DNA of 64,000 nucleotides, taken from Mobula hypostoma (lineage: Eukaryota). The DNA lies in assembly GCF_963921235.1 (NCBI RefSeq), contig NC_086109.1, forward strand, positions 13,952,001-14,016,000, given 5' to 3'. Position numbers and translations under genes: made by a program. Positions 11,616 to 23,689 of this stretch are shown here, piece after piece (positions within the stretch are counted from its first letter, which is position 1; every line of letters begins with the position of its first letter). The notes beneath the pieces are model-generated. The model worked only from the letters and a program-made list of their open reading frames with translations. It was not told the origin of the DNA and did no database searches.

Positions 11616-13914
11616 ACTGTCTAATGAAGCTACGAAACTATCAGGATTGCACGAACACATCTGAAAAGGCTACTTATTGCATTACTCAGTTGCAGAGGAT
11701 GAAAGAAGCATTTGAAAAGCGTTGCACATTCGAGTCATTTGCCAAGAAAGCTAAAAATGACCTTGATAGTTGTCTCATTGCTTCTTATAATATATCCAAA
11801 ATGATAGCAAAAGGTGGAAAATCTCATACAATTGGTATGCCTGCTGTATCAGAAGTGCTCACTGCTGTTCTCAAAATGAATGCCAGTATTTTAAAATCAA
11901 TTTTTCCTGAGTAATAACTCTATAACTCGTCATATTGATGAAATGAGTGAAGGCATTGAGTATCAATTATTCACAGAACTACAAAAATCAGAATTTGGGA
12001 TGCAGCTAGATGAGTCAACTGTGTGAGACAACATGGCATTGCTAATGACATATATACAGTTTATCAAAAATGGTGAAGTTTATCAAAATGGAAATGTTTA
12101 TGAAGAGAATCTTTATTGATTCTCTGTTGATATTGGTTTTTAACTTTTTACAATCTATGACAAGCTCAAAATGTATATTGAGGATAAAAGTATCCTGTTT
12201 AGGAACACGATTTCTTGTGCAACAGATGGAGAGAACCATATATGACAGGTCATCTTGCTGGTTCAGTGGCATTCATGAAAAAAGAAATTCCAAGTCTGTT
12301 TGCAATCCATTGTGTAATTCATCGTAAACACCTCGCAGCCAAAAACCTCCGCAAGCGAGTTGTTTCAAGCATGACGCTTGTAATATCTGCTACCATCAAA
12401 ATTAAAGCTCATCCATTGAATAGCAGAATATTACGCCAGGTATACCAAGATAACAATGAATAGTTTGAATGCTTGCTTGTTCATACTGAAGTGCATTGGC
12501 TGTCAAAAGGCTGCTGCTTAAGACGTTCCTTTTTGACAAGTTGAGTTGAGTTGAGTTTTTGCTCAAAGTAGACAAGGGTTTGAGAAACAAGATTGAACTT
12601 CTATGTGGAGATGTGGCATACCTAGGTAACCTGTATGACCAAATGAATATTCTAAATGTGAAACTGCAGGGTGAGAATTCCAATGTAATCCAGGCAAAAA
12701 GTGCAGTTCACTTTTATTTGAAAATTGGAAAATATAAGCAAAATATTGGGAGAAGAATGTTCTCAGTTTCCCTGCATGGAACGTATGACACTTACAGACA
12801 GTGATTTGCAAGAGTACAGCTTTCATCTGCAATTACTGAAGAAGGATTTTCAGAATCGATTCAAGGATTTGAACAATCTGGAAATTCTGAACTGGGTAAT
12901 TAACCCATTTCTTTGCAAGGTGAAAGATCAGGGACAGCTCACAAGAACAGATTAACAAAATTCAAAATTTTGAAGAAGCAAAAATGTTTTTCAAAAATGT
13001 TGGCTTTTGTGGTTACACTGTCATACGAAGTTTCCTGGTCTCTGGAGAGGAGCCAAACTGCTCTTCATTGCATTTCCATCCTCCTTCCTTGTTGAAAGAG
13101 GCTTTAGTGCAGTGAATCACATACTCACACATAACAAAAACCACTTGGTCATTGTTGCGCGTGCAGTCTTAAAGCTTTTGCTGTCACAACTTGCAACAGA
13201 TATTTCAAGTCTTGCTAAAAACAATCAAGCTTAAGAATCACAGTGGTATCAAAGCTGCTATACAGCACACAGATGCTGTGTAAGCTGGGAGTAAAGACGA
13301 ATAAAAATTAAACAAAATAACTTCTCTCATGTTAGCATATGGCAGATATGTTTTTACACTATTGGGCGCCGGAAAGTGTATTGTGCAAGGAGGGACATTG
13401 GCAAGTATAATGGTGCTTTAGCAGGGCATTAGCAAGCATGATTATGGTCTAGTGGGCCACTGGGCTAAAAAAGTTGGGATACCACTGGGTTAGGGTCACA
13501 AATTTAACCAAAAGATAAAGAACCGTAACATAAATGCAGACAAGATGGAAATGCAGAACTCCCTGGTTCAAATGTGTCAGAGGTGTTGAGATAGAATTAC
13601 AGACTACAATTGTGTTTATCAGCTGTTAAATGCATTTAGTATCATAGGGTACTTGATGGTCAGCATGGGTGAGATGGGCCAAATGGCCTGTTTCTGAGCT
13701 GCTTTGTCACTGAGGGTGCGTGCTGGCACAGCCAATTACCAAAGCAGAGAGTGAAGAGGAGTAAACTGAAGTTGCTGGAAATAGAAACAAAATCAGAGCC
13801 CGGGAGCCATTCAGAGGGTCAGGCATTCTCCATGGAGGGATACCCCTTGGTCATCCTGTTAGTGAATGCAGGGTAACAGACTTCCTGTTCTGAGGCTGTG
13901 ATGATGTGCCCCCA

Positions 13915-14835
13915 TAACACAGAAACGTAGAAAACCTACAGCACAATACAGGCCCTTCGGCCCACAAAGCTGTGCCGAACATGTCCTTACCTTAGAAATT
14001 ACCTAGGGTTACCAATAGCCCTCTATTTTTCTAAGCTCCATGTACCTGTCCAGGAGTCTCTTAAAAGACCCTATTGTATCAGCCTCCACCACTGTGGCCG
14101 GCAGCCCATTCCACGCACTCACCATTCTCTGCATTTTTAAAAAAAAACTTGCCCCTGACATCTCCTCTGTACCTACTTCCAAGCACCTTAAAACTGTGCC
14201 CTCTCATGCTATCCATTTCAGCCTTGGGAAGAAGCCTCTGACTATCCACACGATCAATGCCTCTCAGTCATCTTGTACACCTCTATCAGGTTACCTCTCA
14301 TCCTCCATCGCTCCAAGGAGAAAAGGCAGAGTTCACTCAACCTATTCTCATAAGGCATGCTCCCCAATCCAGGCAACATCCTTGTAAAACTCCTCTGCAC
14401 CTTCCTACGGTTTCTAACATCCTTCCTGTAGTGAGGTGACCAGAACTGAGCACAGTACTCCAAGTGGGGTCTGACTAGTAATACGTAGAATAGCTGCAAT
14501 ATTACCTCTTGGCCCTTAAACTCAATCCTACGATTGATGAAGGCCAATGCACTGTATGCCGCCTTAACCACTGAGTCAACCTGCGCAACAGCTTTGAGTG
14601 TCCTATGGACTCAGACCCCCAAGATTCCTCTGATCCTCCACACCACCAAGACTCTTAACATTAATACTATATTCTGTCGTCATATTTGACCTACCAAAAT
14701 GAACCACCTGACAATTATCTGGGCTGAACTCCATCTGCCACTTTGCAGCCCAGTTTTGCATCCCATCAATGTCCCACTGTAACCTCTGACAGCCCTCCAT
14801 AATATCCACAACACCCCCAACCTTTGTGTCATCAA
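13915..14835 (-). mobile_element. CR1 LINE, 5'-truncated, relatively young
   Basis: DDTKVGG, LQWDID.MQNWA.KWQMEF, LVRPHLEYCAQFWSPHYRKD, RMRGNLIEVYK; (ctatgttt)-type tail. Confidence 0.92.
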
Positions 14836-15324
14836 AACAATATGTAACCTACCAGTATTGTCGCAGGTCCCTTCTTGCTTCTAATCCATTGGTATAAGAA
14901 CTATGAACCCCAGGAATATTTTATCTGCAGGTGGAGAGTGATGTGAAAGAAGGGAAAGCTGATGTTGGGGTGGACAATCCAAAATTGAGGGGTGGGGTGG
15001 CGGAGAGTGACAGTGTAGACGGGAGGCGTGGCATTAGAGGAGACAGTGGGGCCTTGAATTGTTTTGGATAGAATGTTTAGTGAGATCAAAGTGGATGTAA
15101 GAAACGTCTTAAGTTGGGGGAGTGATGTTGCCAGCCATTAAGTTATAGGAGCACACACTTCCTCAGACAGATGTTCAATCAGGAATTCTTTCATTTGTGA
15201 TGGGGGATCCTGGCTGTTTTAAATGCAAGTTTCTAGGGGAGTGTGCCAAAGATTCCCGCTCGCTTCCTTCAGAAGTTGGGAGTGGAATGAGGCTGTGTGT
15301 GTGGTGCTCCAAGTCAAGGAGTCA

Positions 15325-15600
15325 ATCAGCATAGAAACAGGTCCTTCGGCCTATTTAGTCTATGCTGACCATCAACCATCCTTTTGCATTTATCCTGCGC
15401 CTAATCCCTTTTTATTCTTCCCACATTCAACCCCCAGCGGGTTTCAGAACTCATTACGCACTTGGACCAATCCACAGCCAATTAATCTACACATCTGCTT
15501 GACATTGGTATGCGGGAGGAAGCTGGAGCACCCAGGCGAAACCCACACAGTCACCGGGAGAATGTGCAGACTCCACACAGGCCCACTTTGCCAACTCCAC
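15325..15600 (-). mobile_element. V-domain SINE (HE1-like), degenerate
   Basis: gggaggaagctggagcacccaggcgaaacccacacagtcaccgggagaatgtgcagactcc is the reverse complement of the V-domain. Confidence 0.7.
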
Positions 15601-15763
15601 ACAGGCCCACTTTACCAACACTGCCTCCAGGATGGGATGGAAGTGTCTCAGACTGGAGCAAGGAGACTGTGACTAAAGCAGAGTGAGTGGCCAATAGCTT
15701 CAATCCACATTGAAGGAAACTTCAAAAAGTAAATTTATTATCTAAGTACACATATGTCACCAT

Positions 15764-15940
15764 GAACACAAGAGATTCTGCAGATGCTGGAAATCCAGAG
15801 CAACACATACAAAATGCTGGAGGAACTCGGGCAGCATCTGCGTAAATGAATAAACAGTTGATCTTTCAGGCCGAGATCCTTCATCAGGAATGTCCTGACC
15901 TGCTGAGCTGATCCAGTATTTTGAGTGTGTGTGTTGCTCT
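15764..15940. mobile_element. Short Penelope-like insertion with inverted arms and hammerhead (15855-15890, -)
   Basis: 12-bp TSD atatgtcaccat (15752-15763 / 15941-15952); minus strand CUGAUGA aggaucucggccu GAAA. Confidence 0.85.
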
Positions 15941-15961
15941 ATATGTCACCATATACTACTT

Positions 15962-16216
15962 TCTCCTTCATGTGCCTTGTGTGTTCATGGCATCCCACAT
16001 CGAACGATCCCATGCAATGCCAATGATATCTCACACACTTTAGAACTGTTAGTTCTTTCACATATATTTTCCATAGTGTCCATATATTTTCTTCTTTGCC
16101 TTCCTCTTCAGTGTTTCCCAGGCATACGGCCTTGTAATGTTAGGCATTCTATTTCTCCCTTTCTGATGACATGGCCCAGGAATTTACATTTCCTGTCCTT
16201 TAACGTTCTCATTAAA
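15962..16216 (-). mobile_element. 5'-truncated RTE LINE 3' end
   Basis: KFLGHVIRKGEIECLTLQG.MPGK..RGRQRRKY; 9-bp TSD atactactt (15953-15961 / 16217-16225); same family as 11409-11615. Confidence 0.88.
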
Positions 16217-17384
16217 ATACTACTTCACTAAATTAAATAAGTAGGATAAAGCCAGAAATTAAAAAAAAATAAAAGTAGTGAGTTAGTGTTCATGGATTCA
16301 ATGTCCATTTAGAAATCGAATGGCAGAGGGGAAGAAGCTGTTCCTGAATCATTGAGTGTGTGCCTTCTGACTTCTGTACCTCCTCCCTGATGGTAGCAAT
16401 GAGAAGGGGGCATGTCCTGGGTGGTGGGGGTCCTTAATGATGGATGCTGCCATTTTGAGGCACGGCTCCTTGAAGATCTATTTTCACGCTTTTGAAATCG
16501 GGCCGCACTGTGGACATTGATATAAAAGGTATCAGTAAGTTGGGTTTAAATTTTTACAGAGGTGCATTGGACAGAATCTTCCACAGCCACTGCTATGGTA
16601 TCCTTTTGGCTTCCATAGTACAGGGAACCTGAAAATAGTAGGTGACTGCGAGCATCCACTGGTCTGATGCCATTTGTGAGGTGGTGGTCGGTAATGCTGG
16701 ATTATGACATTTTGCCATTATCCTTCAGAGGCATGGGAAAATGTTGCCCGGCTTTCGAAGGGCAAGGGCAGATGTCTGACGTCCCTGGTGCCAGGGGAGA
16801 TCCAGTTGCCAATTATTCCTTTTGATCTTCTGATTTGCTTTGACATGATGTCAAGACATCAAAAGGAAACACTGGGATGCAGCCAGCGATCGAGCTGAGA
16901 CGGCATCTCAATATGTTGGGACTGCATAACAAAAAGGGGTGTTACTGAATTTTTTTTTGTCTGTTTTTATTTTACACAAAGAAACCACAAATTTCCTCTA
17001 AAATTAAAATCCATTGTCCAGAGTGTTTTTCTACAGTGAAGCTGAGCCTAGTTCCATTTGTTTTGTCAGTTTTTTTTCCCCTTGCAATAGCAATAAATAA
17101 TAACCGCTTACATTTGCATAGCACCTTTCTATAGTTAAAGCACAGTGACATTGCCAGCAGCGTTTGACTGAATGATTTATATTGTATTGTTAAATGACAG
17201 AGATGTTATGGTACAGAAGGAGGAAATTTACCCAATGCATCTATATTGGTTACTTGTGAAGTAATTTTGGCAGTCCTCCTTGCTCCTCATCCTGTCCCTC
17301 ACCATCCCCATCTTTCCCAAGTTCCTGTTCCTGATCCTTTCTCAAGTGCCTGTCTAAATCGTTTTTGAGAGTCATTTTTGGATG

Positions 17385-17570
17385 ACCACGTGTTTCCTCC
17401 AGGTGCTCTAGTTTCCTCCCCCAGTCCAGAGACATGCCAGTTAGCAGGTTAATGGGTCTTTGTAAGTTGCCTTGTGCTTAGGCTAGGATTAAAATTGTGG
17501 GATTGCTGGGCGGCGTGGCTCGAAGGGCTGGAAGGTTCTATTCTGCGCTGTAACCCAGTGAATAAATAAA
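17385..17570 (+). mobile_element. V-domain SINE with CR1-like tail
   Basis: tttcctcccccagtccagagacatgc...ggctcgaagggctggaagg...(ataa)n. Confidence 0.8.
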
Positions 17571-17744
17571 TGCTGTGTACTTCACCTGTCGTTTGTGAGT
17601 TCAGGACCTGAACTGATCTCAGTGTGGGGTGGATGAGAAAGCATTCCTTTACATCTGTCCACCCTGTTTTAGTCACCCTGTTGTAGGAAGGATGTGATTA
17701 AGCTGGGAAGAATAAAAGAAAGGTTTACAGTGATATCCTATTCC

Positions 17745-18112
17745 AGTTTCCGTCTCACCTCTTCTCCACACCTGTCATTCATCCCTCTGGTTTCTCTCCT
17801 TTTTCCTTTTCTTCCGTGCTCCTGCCCTCTCCAATCAGATTCCTTCTTCGGCTCTTTAGCTCTTCCACCTATCACCTTCCATCTTCTTCATCCCCCATCC
17901 ACCCACCTTCCCCGTCACCTGGAGTCACCTAACAGCTGCTAGTTTGTACGCCTTCTCTTCCCTCCTCCTACCCCCTGACCTTTTATTCCAGCTTCTTCCC
18001 CCTTTTCTTTCCAATACTAATGAAGGGTCTTGACCTGAAACGTTGACTGTTTATTCCCCTCCCTAGATGCTGCCTGACTTGCAAGAGTTCCTCCAGCATT
18101 TTGTGTGTGTTA
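17745..18112 (+). mobile_element. Penelope-like 3' UTR and terminal repeat (degenerate hammerhead 18015-18050)
   Basis: Pyrimidine-rich tract then ctaatgaagggtcttgacctgaaacgttgactg...gatgctgcctgac. Confidence 0.8.
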
Positions 18113-18459
18113 CAGGGATACTGCCCGAACCCCGGAGGCTGAGTTACAGAGAGAGGTTAGACAGACCTTTACTCCTTGGGCCGTAGGAGACCGAGGGAGT
18201 GATCTCACTGATGTATGCAAAATCGCGAGATGCTTAGATGGGATATACAGTCCTTTTCCAACTGATGGGGAATCCAAAACTAGAGGACATAATTTTAAGA
18301 AGTGAAAGCTGTGTATGAACCTGAGGAGTATTTTTGTTTACGTAGCATATGGTAGAAGTATGGACTAGCTGCCAGAGGAAATGGTTGAGGCAGGTACATT
18401 CAATACATTTAAGAAGTTTATGAATGGGTATATCAATGACAAGAATTTACAGGGTGTGA

Positions 18460-18860
18460 ATCGTTCGTTTGTTATGTACCGTGACATTTGATGTAGGCAA
18501 TCATGGTCTTTCCATGACCACAATTGTTCTTGTCAAATTTTATTATAGAAGTGGTTTGCCATTGCCGCCTTCTGGGCAGTGTCTTTACAAGACGGGTGAC
18601 CCCAGCCATTATTAATACTATTCAGAGATTGTCTGCCTGGCATCAGTGGTCACATAACCAGGACTTGAGATGTGTACCAGCTGCTCAAATGGACATCCAC
18701 CACCTGTTCCCGTGGCTTCACATGATCCTAATTGGGGGGGGGGCGTGGGTGGTTGGCTAAGCAAGTGCTATACCTTGCCCAAGGGTGACCTGAAGGCTAG
18801 TGGAGGGAAGGAGTGTGCTTTGCACCTCCTTTGGTAGAGACATAGCTCCACCTACCACCC
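18460..18860 (-). mobile_element. RTE-derived bipartite non-autonomous element (5'UTR plus 3' tail)
   Basis: Minus strand has ggcaatggcaaaccacttc (BovB/RTE 5'UTR-type motif), a 3' end accatgattgcc...cacggtacataa resembling the RTE 3' end at 11565-11602, and an (aacg)n tail. Confidence 0.75.
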
Positions 18861-20339
18861 AGTACTAGAAGAGAGATTGATTAGGTTGAATATACATCTT
18901 GGACAGCAGAGAATGGCTTTTCTCCATGCTGTTCGACCCTGAACCTATGATAACAGCCTCTCTTCACCTACACCAATACACTAATCATGATCTTGTACTC
19001 TCAAATTTCTCACCCCTGAAGAGAACAGTACCAGCTTCTCTGGGCTAACCTTGTAATTGGTTGACGTTGTCGCTGGAACCGTTATTGTAAACCTTTTCTG
19101 CACTTTCTCTCAGAAATTCATGTTCCTTACCCATGGTTCCCGGAGCTGGACTTGTAACCTAATCTGATATGAAGGTTGACAACTAAAAGCACATTCTCAA
19201 AGGATGCTTCAAGGCCATAAGTCACTAAGTTTTATAGCACAGAAACAGTGTTTCCACTAACAGAATTGGCACTAACCATTAGCTTCCACTAAGCCTACCC
19301 TGGTCCTATTTTATTTTCCCAGTATTCCCATCAATTCCCCTTGGATTCAACTCCCCTATACACTACGAATTATTTACTGTAATCAATTAAACTTCGAGTC
19401 GCCATGCTTTTAGACAATAAGACATAGGAGCAGAATTAGATCATCCTTCCCATCAAGTCTACTCCAAAAATTCCATTGTGGCTGATTTATTATTCCACAT
19501 AAAACCGTTCTCCTGCCTTTTCCCCCACAACCTTTGACACCTTTAATAATCAAGAACCTAACAACCTCTGCTTTAAATATGCCCAGTAATTTGGCCTTCT
19601 AGTTTGTGAGGGGATGTCAGAGCATTCAGTGGTCACAGAGAGAACATGCAAACTTCATTGAACTTGTGTCCCCAGAGAGCTTTACAGAGAGAATTCCAGA
19701 GTTCATGAACCTGTAAACAAGACACATGGCCATTGGAAATGAAATGTTGGAGGTGGGGAATCCCAAAAAAGCCAGAATTGGAGGAGCAGAAAGTATTGAG
19801 CTGGATTGGAGAACATACCAGAGGTCGCCATGAAGGGTTTGAACGTGAAGTAAGGATTATAGATCAAAATGTAGCACATCCAGAATACAAAGCCACTTCA
19901 TGAAAAAAAATTTTTCATCTTTTTTCTGCTCCACACTGTCATGTTCTTCTTCAATCCTGGGTGAGGGGAGATGCATAAACAGGCAATGCATGGGATGGAG
20001 GAATCAGAATTAGCTTTATCACCATGGACATGTTGTGAAATTTGTTGTTTTGTAGCTGCAGTACAATGCAAGTCAAAAAGTTGCAATAAGTTGCAAAATA
20101 AATAAATAGCGCAAGAAATGCATAATGAATAGTCCTTTATGGACCATTCAGATATTTGATGGCAGAGGAAAAAAAGATGTTTGTAAAACATTGAGTGCAA
20201 GTCTTCAGGCTCCTGTACCTCCTCCCCAATGGTAGTAACACAAAGAGGGCATGTCCCAGATGGTGAGGGTTTTTGGTGAGGGACTGGTTGGTTTGGGGTA
20301 GTTATCCAATTGAGGGTAAGTTTTGGTTTGTTTGTGGAG

Positions 20340-20790
20340 CAGGTAGTTGATGCAGAAACAAGTTACTAGGTTTCCATATCTCCAGCAACCTCACCTGGTC
20401 CTTCCGTACTGATGCGGTGATCAAGAAAACACATCGATGTATGTAACTTATAGATGTCTGAGGAGATTTGGCTAGCCAGTCAGAATTCTCTTTAACTTTG
20501 ACACGTGCACAGTAGAAGATATCCTACTAGTTTGCATCTCAGCCTGGTATGGTAACTTCTCTGCTCTAATCTATCGTATCTACAGAGAGAGGTAAATACC
20601 CGCCTAGTCTATCACCGGCTGATCATTTCCTTCCATCCAGTCGATCTTCATGCTGCATTACATCAGAAAGTCTGACAATATCATTAAGGATGCCTGCTAC
20701 CCGAACTGTCCCCTGTTCTCTTATCTACCTTCTTGGAGAAGGTGCACAGGTTTGAAAGCCAGGGCAGCCAGAATCAGATTTCTTACCACT
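20340..20790 (+). mobile_element. Old Rex1/Babar fragment
   Basis: KLLGFHISSNLTWS..T.AVIKK.H, CTVE.IL..CI.AWYGN. Confidence 0.7.
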
Positions 20791-20994
20791 CAGACATAGA
20801 TCAAGCTCGTTGTTTTGCTGTAGGCAGTACCGTGCAATGTGTTAAAAAAAAAAGTTTAAAAATAAATACAAAAACCATAAGTAGTGCAGAAAGAGAGCAA
20901 TATAGTGAAGCATTCAGAGGTTCATGGACCGTACAGAGAACTGATGGTGGAGGGAAGAATCTAATCCTAAAACATTGAGTGTGGATCTTCAAGA

Positions 20995-21270
20995 CTAGTG
21001 CAGTGGTTAATACAATGCTTCATGGTACAGGTAACCCAGGATCAATCCCCACCATTGCCTGTAAAGAGTTTGTACGTTCTCCCTGTATCCGCATGGTTTC
21101 CTCCAGATGCTCCGGTGCCCTCCCACAGACCAAAGACGTAGGTTAATTGGTCATTGTAAATTGTCTCGTGATTAGGCTAGGATTAAATTGGGAGATTGCT
21201 GGACGGTGAGACTTGAAGGGCCAGAAGGGTCAATTCCAAACTGTATCGCAATAAAATAAATAAATACATT
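20995..21270 (+). mobile_element. tRNA-derived V-domain SINE (near full length)
   Basis: Head tagtgcagtggtta...ggatcaatccc (A/B-box-like), V-domain, CR1-like tail, (aaat)n. Confidence 0.82.
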
Positions 21271-21508
21271 AAATAAACACATTGCACCTCCTCCGCAATG
21301 GTAGTAATGCAAAGAGGGCATGATGAATGCCGCCTCCATAAAACATCGCCTTTTGAAGATCTCCTTGATGGTAGAGAGACTAGTGCCCATGATGAAGCTG
21401 GCTGTGTCTACAATCCTGTGCATTTTTGACTCCATACCAGATGGTGTTGCAACCAGTCGGAATGTCTCCATGGCACATCTGTAGGGATTTGCCAGAGTCT
21501 TCGGTGAC

Positions 21509-21907
21509 TGTGATGTTGAATGGGGTTCACAGGTCTGGTGAGTGAGACAGAAAACACTGACCGTGAATAAGTATGCAAATCATTTACTTACAAGCAGTAA
21601 AAATTCGACCAAACACTCGTGTTTCCCAAGAAACTTCAAAGTTGAATATTCATCAAACATGCATTTGACAAACGTACTTGGTTAAAAGCGCGCGCAGAGC
21701 ATACCTTCCCAATGGTCATGTGAACCGCTTGCCTAAACAAAGGAAGAGAGAGCAAGCCTCTTCCATGTGCTGTTTTATACCCGGGATATTTGAGTCTAGA
21801 CTCCAGGCTGCTATCCGACGGGAAAAGCAGCTGCAGTTTCTAAACTAACCAACTGGGATGGAGGCACCTTTTTGGCAAACTAAATAAGTCGCAGCCCCCA
21901 CTGGACA
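21509..21907 (-). mobile_element. Solo LTR (399 bp) inserted in a Rex1 fragment
   Basis: TG...CA termini; perfect 5-bp TSD gtgac (21504-21508 / 21908-21912); minus-strand TATAAAA near 21775; Rex1 sequence resumes on both sides. Confidence 0.85.
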
Positions 21908-22098
21908 GTGACATACTAAATAATACAGGAAAGGCGATTCCCCTTTCTCTTTCTTTCTACCTTCTCGGAGAAGGGACAGAAGCTTGAAAGCCTGGACAAC
22001 GTACTGGAACAGCCTTTTTCCCACTGCTCTGAACTAATCACTGGTTTGGTATCCCCTTCCTAGTGATGTTCTGGAAACCTTAAATCTTCCATTAAGTC

Positions 22099-22178
22099 CA
22101 AGGGTTCCCAACCTGGGGTCCATAGACTGCTCGGTTAATGGTTGGAGTCCATTGCATGAAAAAGGTTGGGAGCTCTTG
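22099..22178. mobile_element. 80-bp hAT MITE, degenerate (same family as 52818-52897)
   Basis: caagggttcccaacc...ggttgggagctcttg; interior is the reverse complement of the 52.8 kb copy. Confidence 0.75.
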
Positions 22179-22807
22179 CTGCTTTAGAATTTCTTTTTGA
22201 GCTACTTCAGTCTGCACGACTGTACTTTACACTACTCTCATTTTTCACTCCCCACTATGTATTGTTCGGTTTATTAAGACCGAGTTTACTGTTTGCTCTG
22301 TGAACCTTGTACGAACAAGGAATTTTATTGCTCCCTGGTGTGTATGACAATAAACTAATCTAAATCTGAAAAGAGGGTAACTATGACCACCCATGTTTCC
22401 CTCAGCTGTCCTTGACTCCCTAATGGTGGCTGAGCATATTTTACTGTTTGCATGGTTGCAAAGGGCACAAATGGGACTGTTGTGATAGCTTAATCCTTCA
22501 GTCACATGGCACGAAAATGTGTTGTAGTTGGAAATCATAGTGGGAAAGGAGGGGGTGGAAGAAAAAGGCTGAAAGTCTTGATTGTCTTGTATCAGTTCAC
22601 TGTAGCCCAGTTGTTCGAGCTGCTTGCGTAGAGCACTGCCCTAGGCCAAGTGCCTGATCTCCAAAGACAAGTCGATGCTTGTGGAATGGAGCAGATTTAA
22701 TTACAGATGTCAGCCTGTCAATGCTGTACGCCTGGTCAGGGTTAAGTGCTGTCCAGTTCATGCTGGGCTCACTGCTCGTGAGGGGCAGCACAACTTGAAC
22801 AGGATGG

Positions 22808-23140
22808 AGTCATAGAAAAGTCCAGCAGAGAAGCAGGCCCTTCGGCCTATCTAGACTGTGTTGAACCATTTGAGCTGCCTACTCCTGTCGACCTGCTCCA
22901 GGACCGAAGCCTTCCATACCCCTACTGCCCGCGTACCTATCCAAATCTAGATGTTGAAATCCAGCTCGCGTGCACCACTTGTGCTGGCAGCTCGTTCCAC
23001 ACTTTCATGACCTCCTGAGTGAAGAAGTTCCCCCCCTCATGTTCCCCTTGAACTTTTCACCTTTCATCCTTAACCCATGACCTCTGGTTGCACCTCAATG
23101 GAAAATACCTTCTTGCATTTATCTTATCTATAACCCTTCA
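22808..23140 (-). mobile_element. CR1 LINE 3' end
   Basis: TRGHGLR.KGEKFKGNMRG.FFTQ.V..VWNELP on the minus strand. Confidence 0.8.
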
Positions 23141-23689
23141 CATTTTTACTGGGCTCTTGGTTCAGTGGGGAAGGACTACAGTCTAGGGTTCTCCCACTAC
23201 TGGAGATGGAGAGACTGGGTTGATTGAGGAAGGCCCCCAATTATTGCAGTAGTATTCTACCCAAAGGGGTCACATGAGTGACAACAGTCCTGCTGGCTTT
23301 AAGAGATGCAGTGGAACAGTACTAATAGCATTGGCCATGTAATGTAAGAATGCAAGATATTGCATGCTGTATTCTTGTAACTTTTTTTTAACGTTGATAT
23401 AAAAAATAACTTGAAGAGCTTCTGGCATCCCCGTGGTGTGCTGTTTGTGTTGAGGAGGTCACTTGCCTAAACTCTGGAGGCAATCTACAGTGGTCCATTA
23501 ACCCTCCAAGCCCGCACGCCTCCGAGATGTAGGAGGAAACTCGCACAGTCATCGAGAGAGCCTGCAGACTCCGCAGAGAGATCGGGTTCAATGTGGATGG
23601 TTGAAGCCGCAGGGCAGCAGGTGTACTGGCCTCACTCCACTGTGCCTTCAGATTCAGATTTATTTATCACTTATACGTCGAAGCAGTCG

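Larger units (their letters stand above)
11090..13234 (+). pseudogene. Buster/Charlie (ZBED8/FAM200-like) transposase pseudogene
   Basis: RQYN.MYLEY, ASYNISKMIAK.GKSHTIG, FGMQLDEST, ATDG...MTG, IHCVIHR.HL, HTEV.WLSKG, FPSSFLVERGFS; many stops and frameshifts. Confidence 0.9.
10500..13487 (+). mobile_element. hAT (Charlie/Buster-type) DNA transposon fossil with nested insertions
   Basis: Left TIR cagtgattccc at 10500, right TIR gttgggataccactg ending 13487; imperfect 8-bp flanks ggtttgaa/ggttaggg; internal transposase motifs. Confidence 0.8.

Noticed and set aside
11600..13234. Domesticated ZBED8/FAM200-like host gene
   Set aside because: Numerous stops, frameshifts and nested insertions, and TIRs are present; it is a transposon fossil.
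15591..15625. 24-bp tandem duplication ctccacacaggcccacttt(g/a)ccaa
   Set aside because: Simple two-copy slippage at a SINE edge; not an array.
20995..21055. tRNA gene
   Set aside because: tRNA-like A/B boxes belong to a SINE head; no cloverleaf. The same applies at ~47410-47468 and ~63640-63700.
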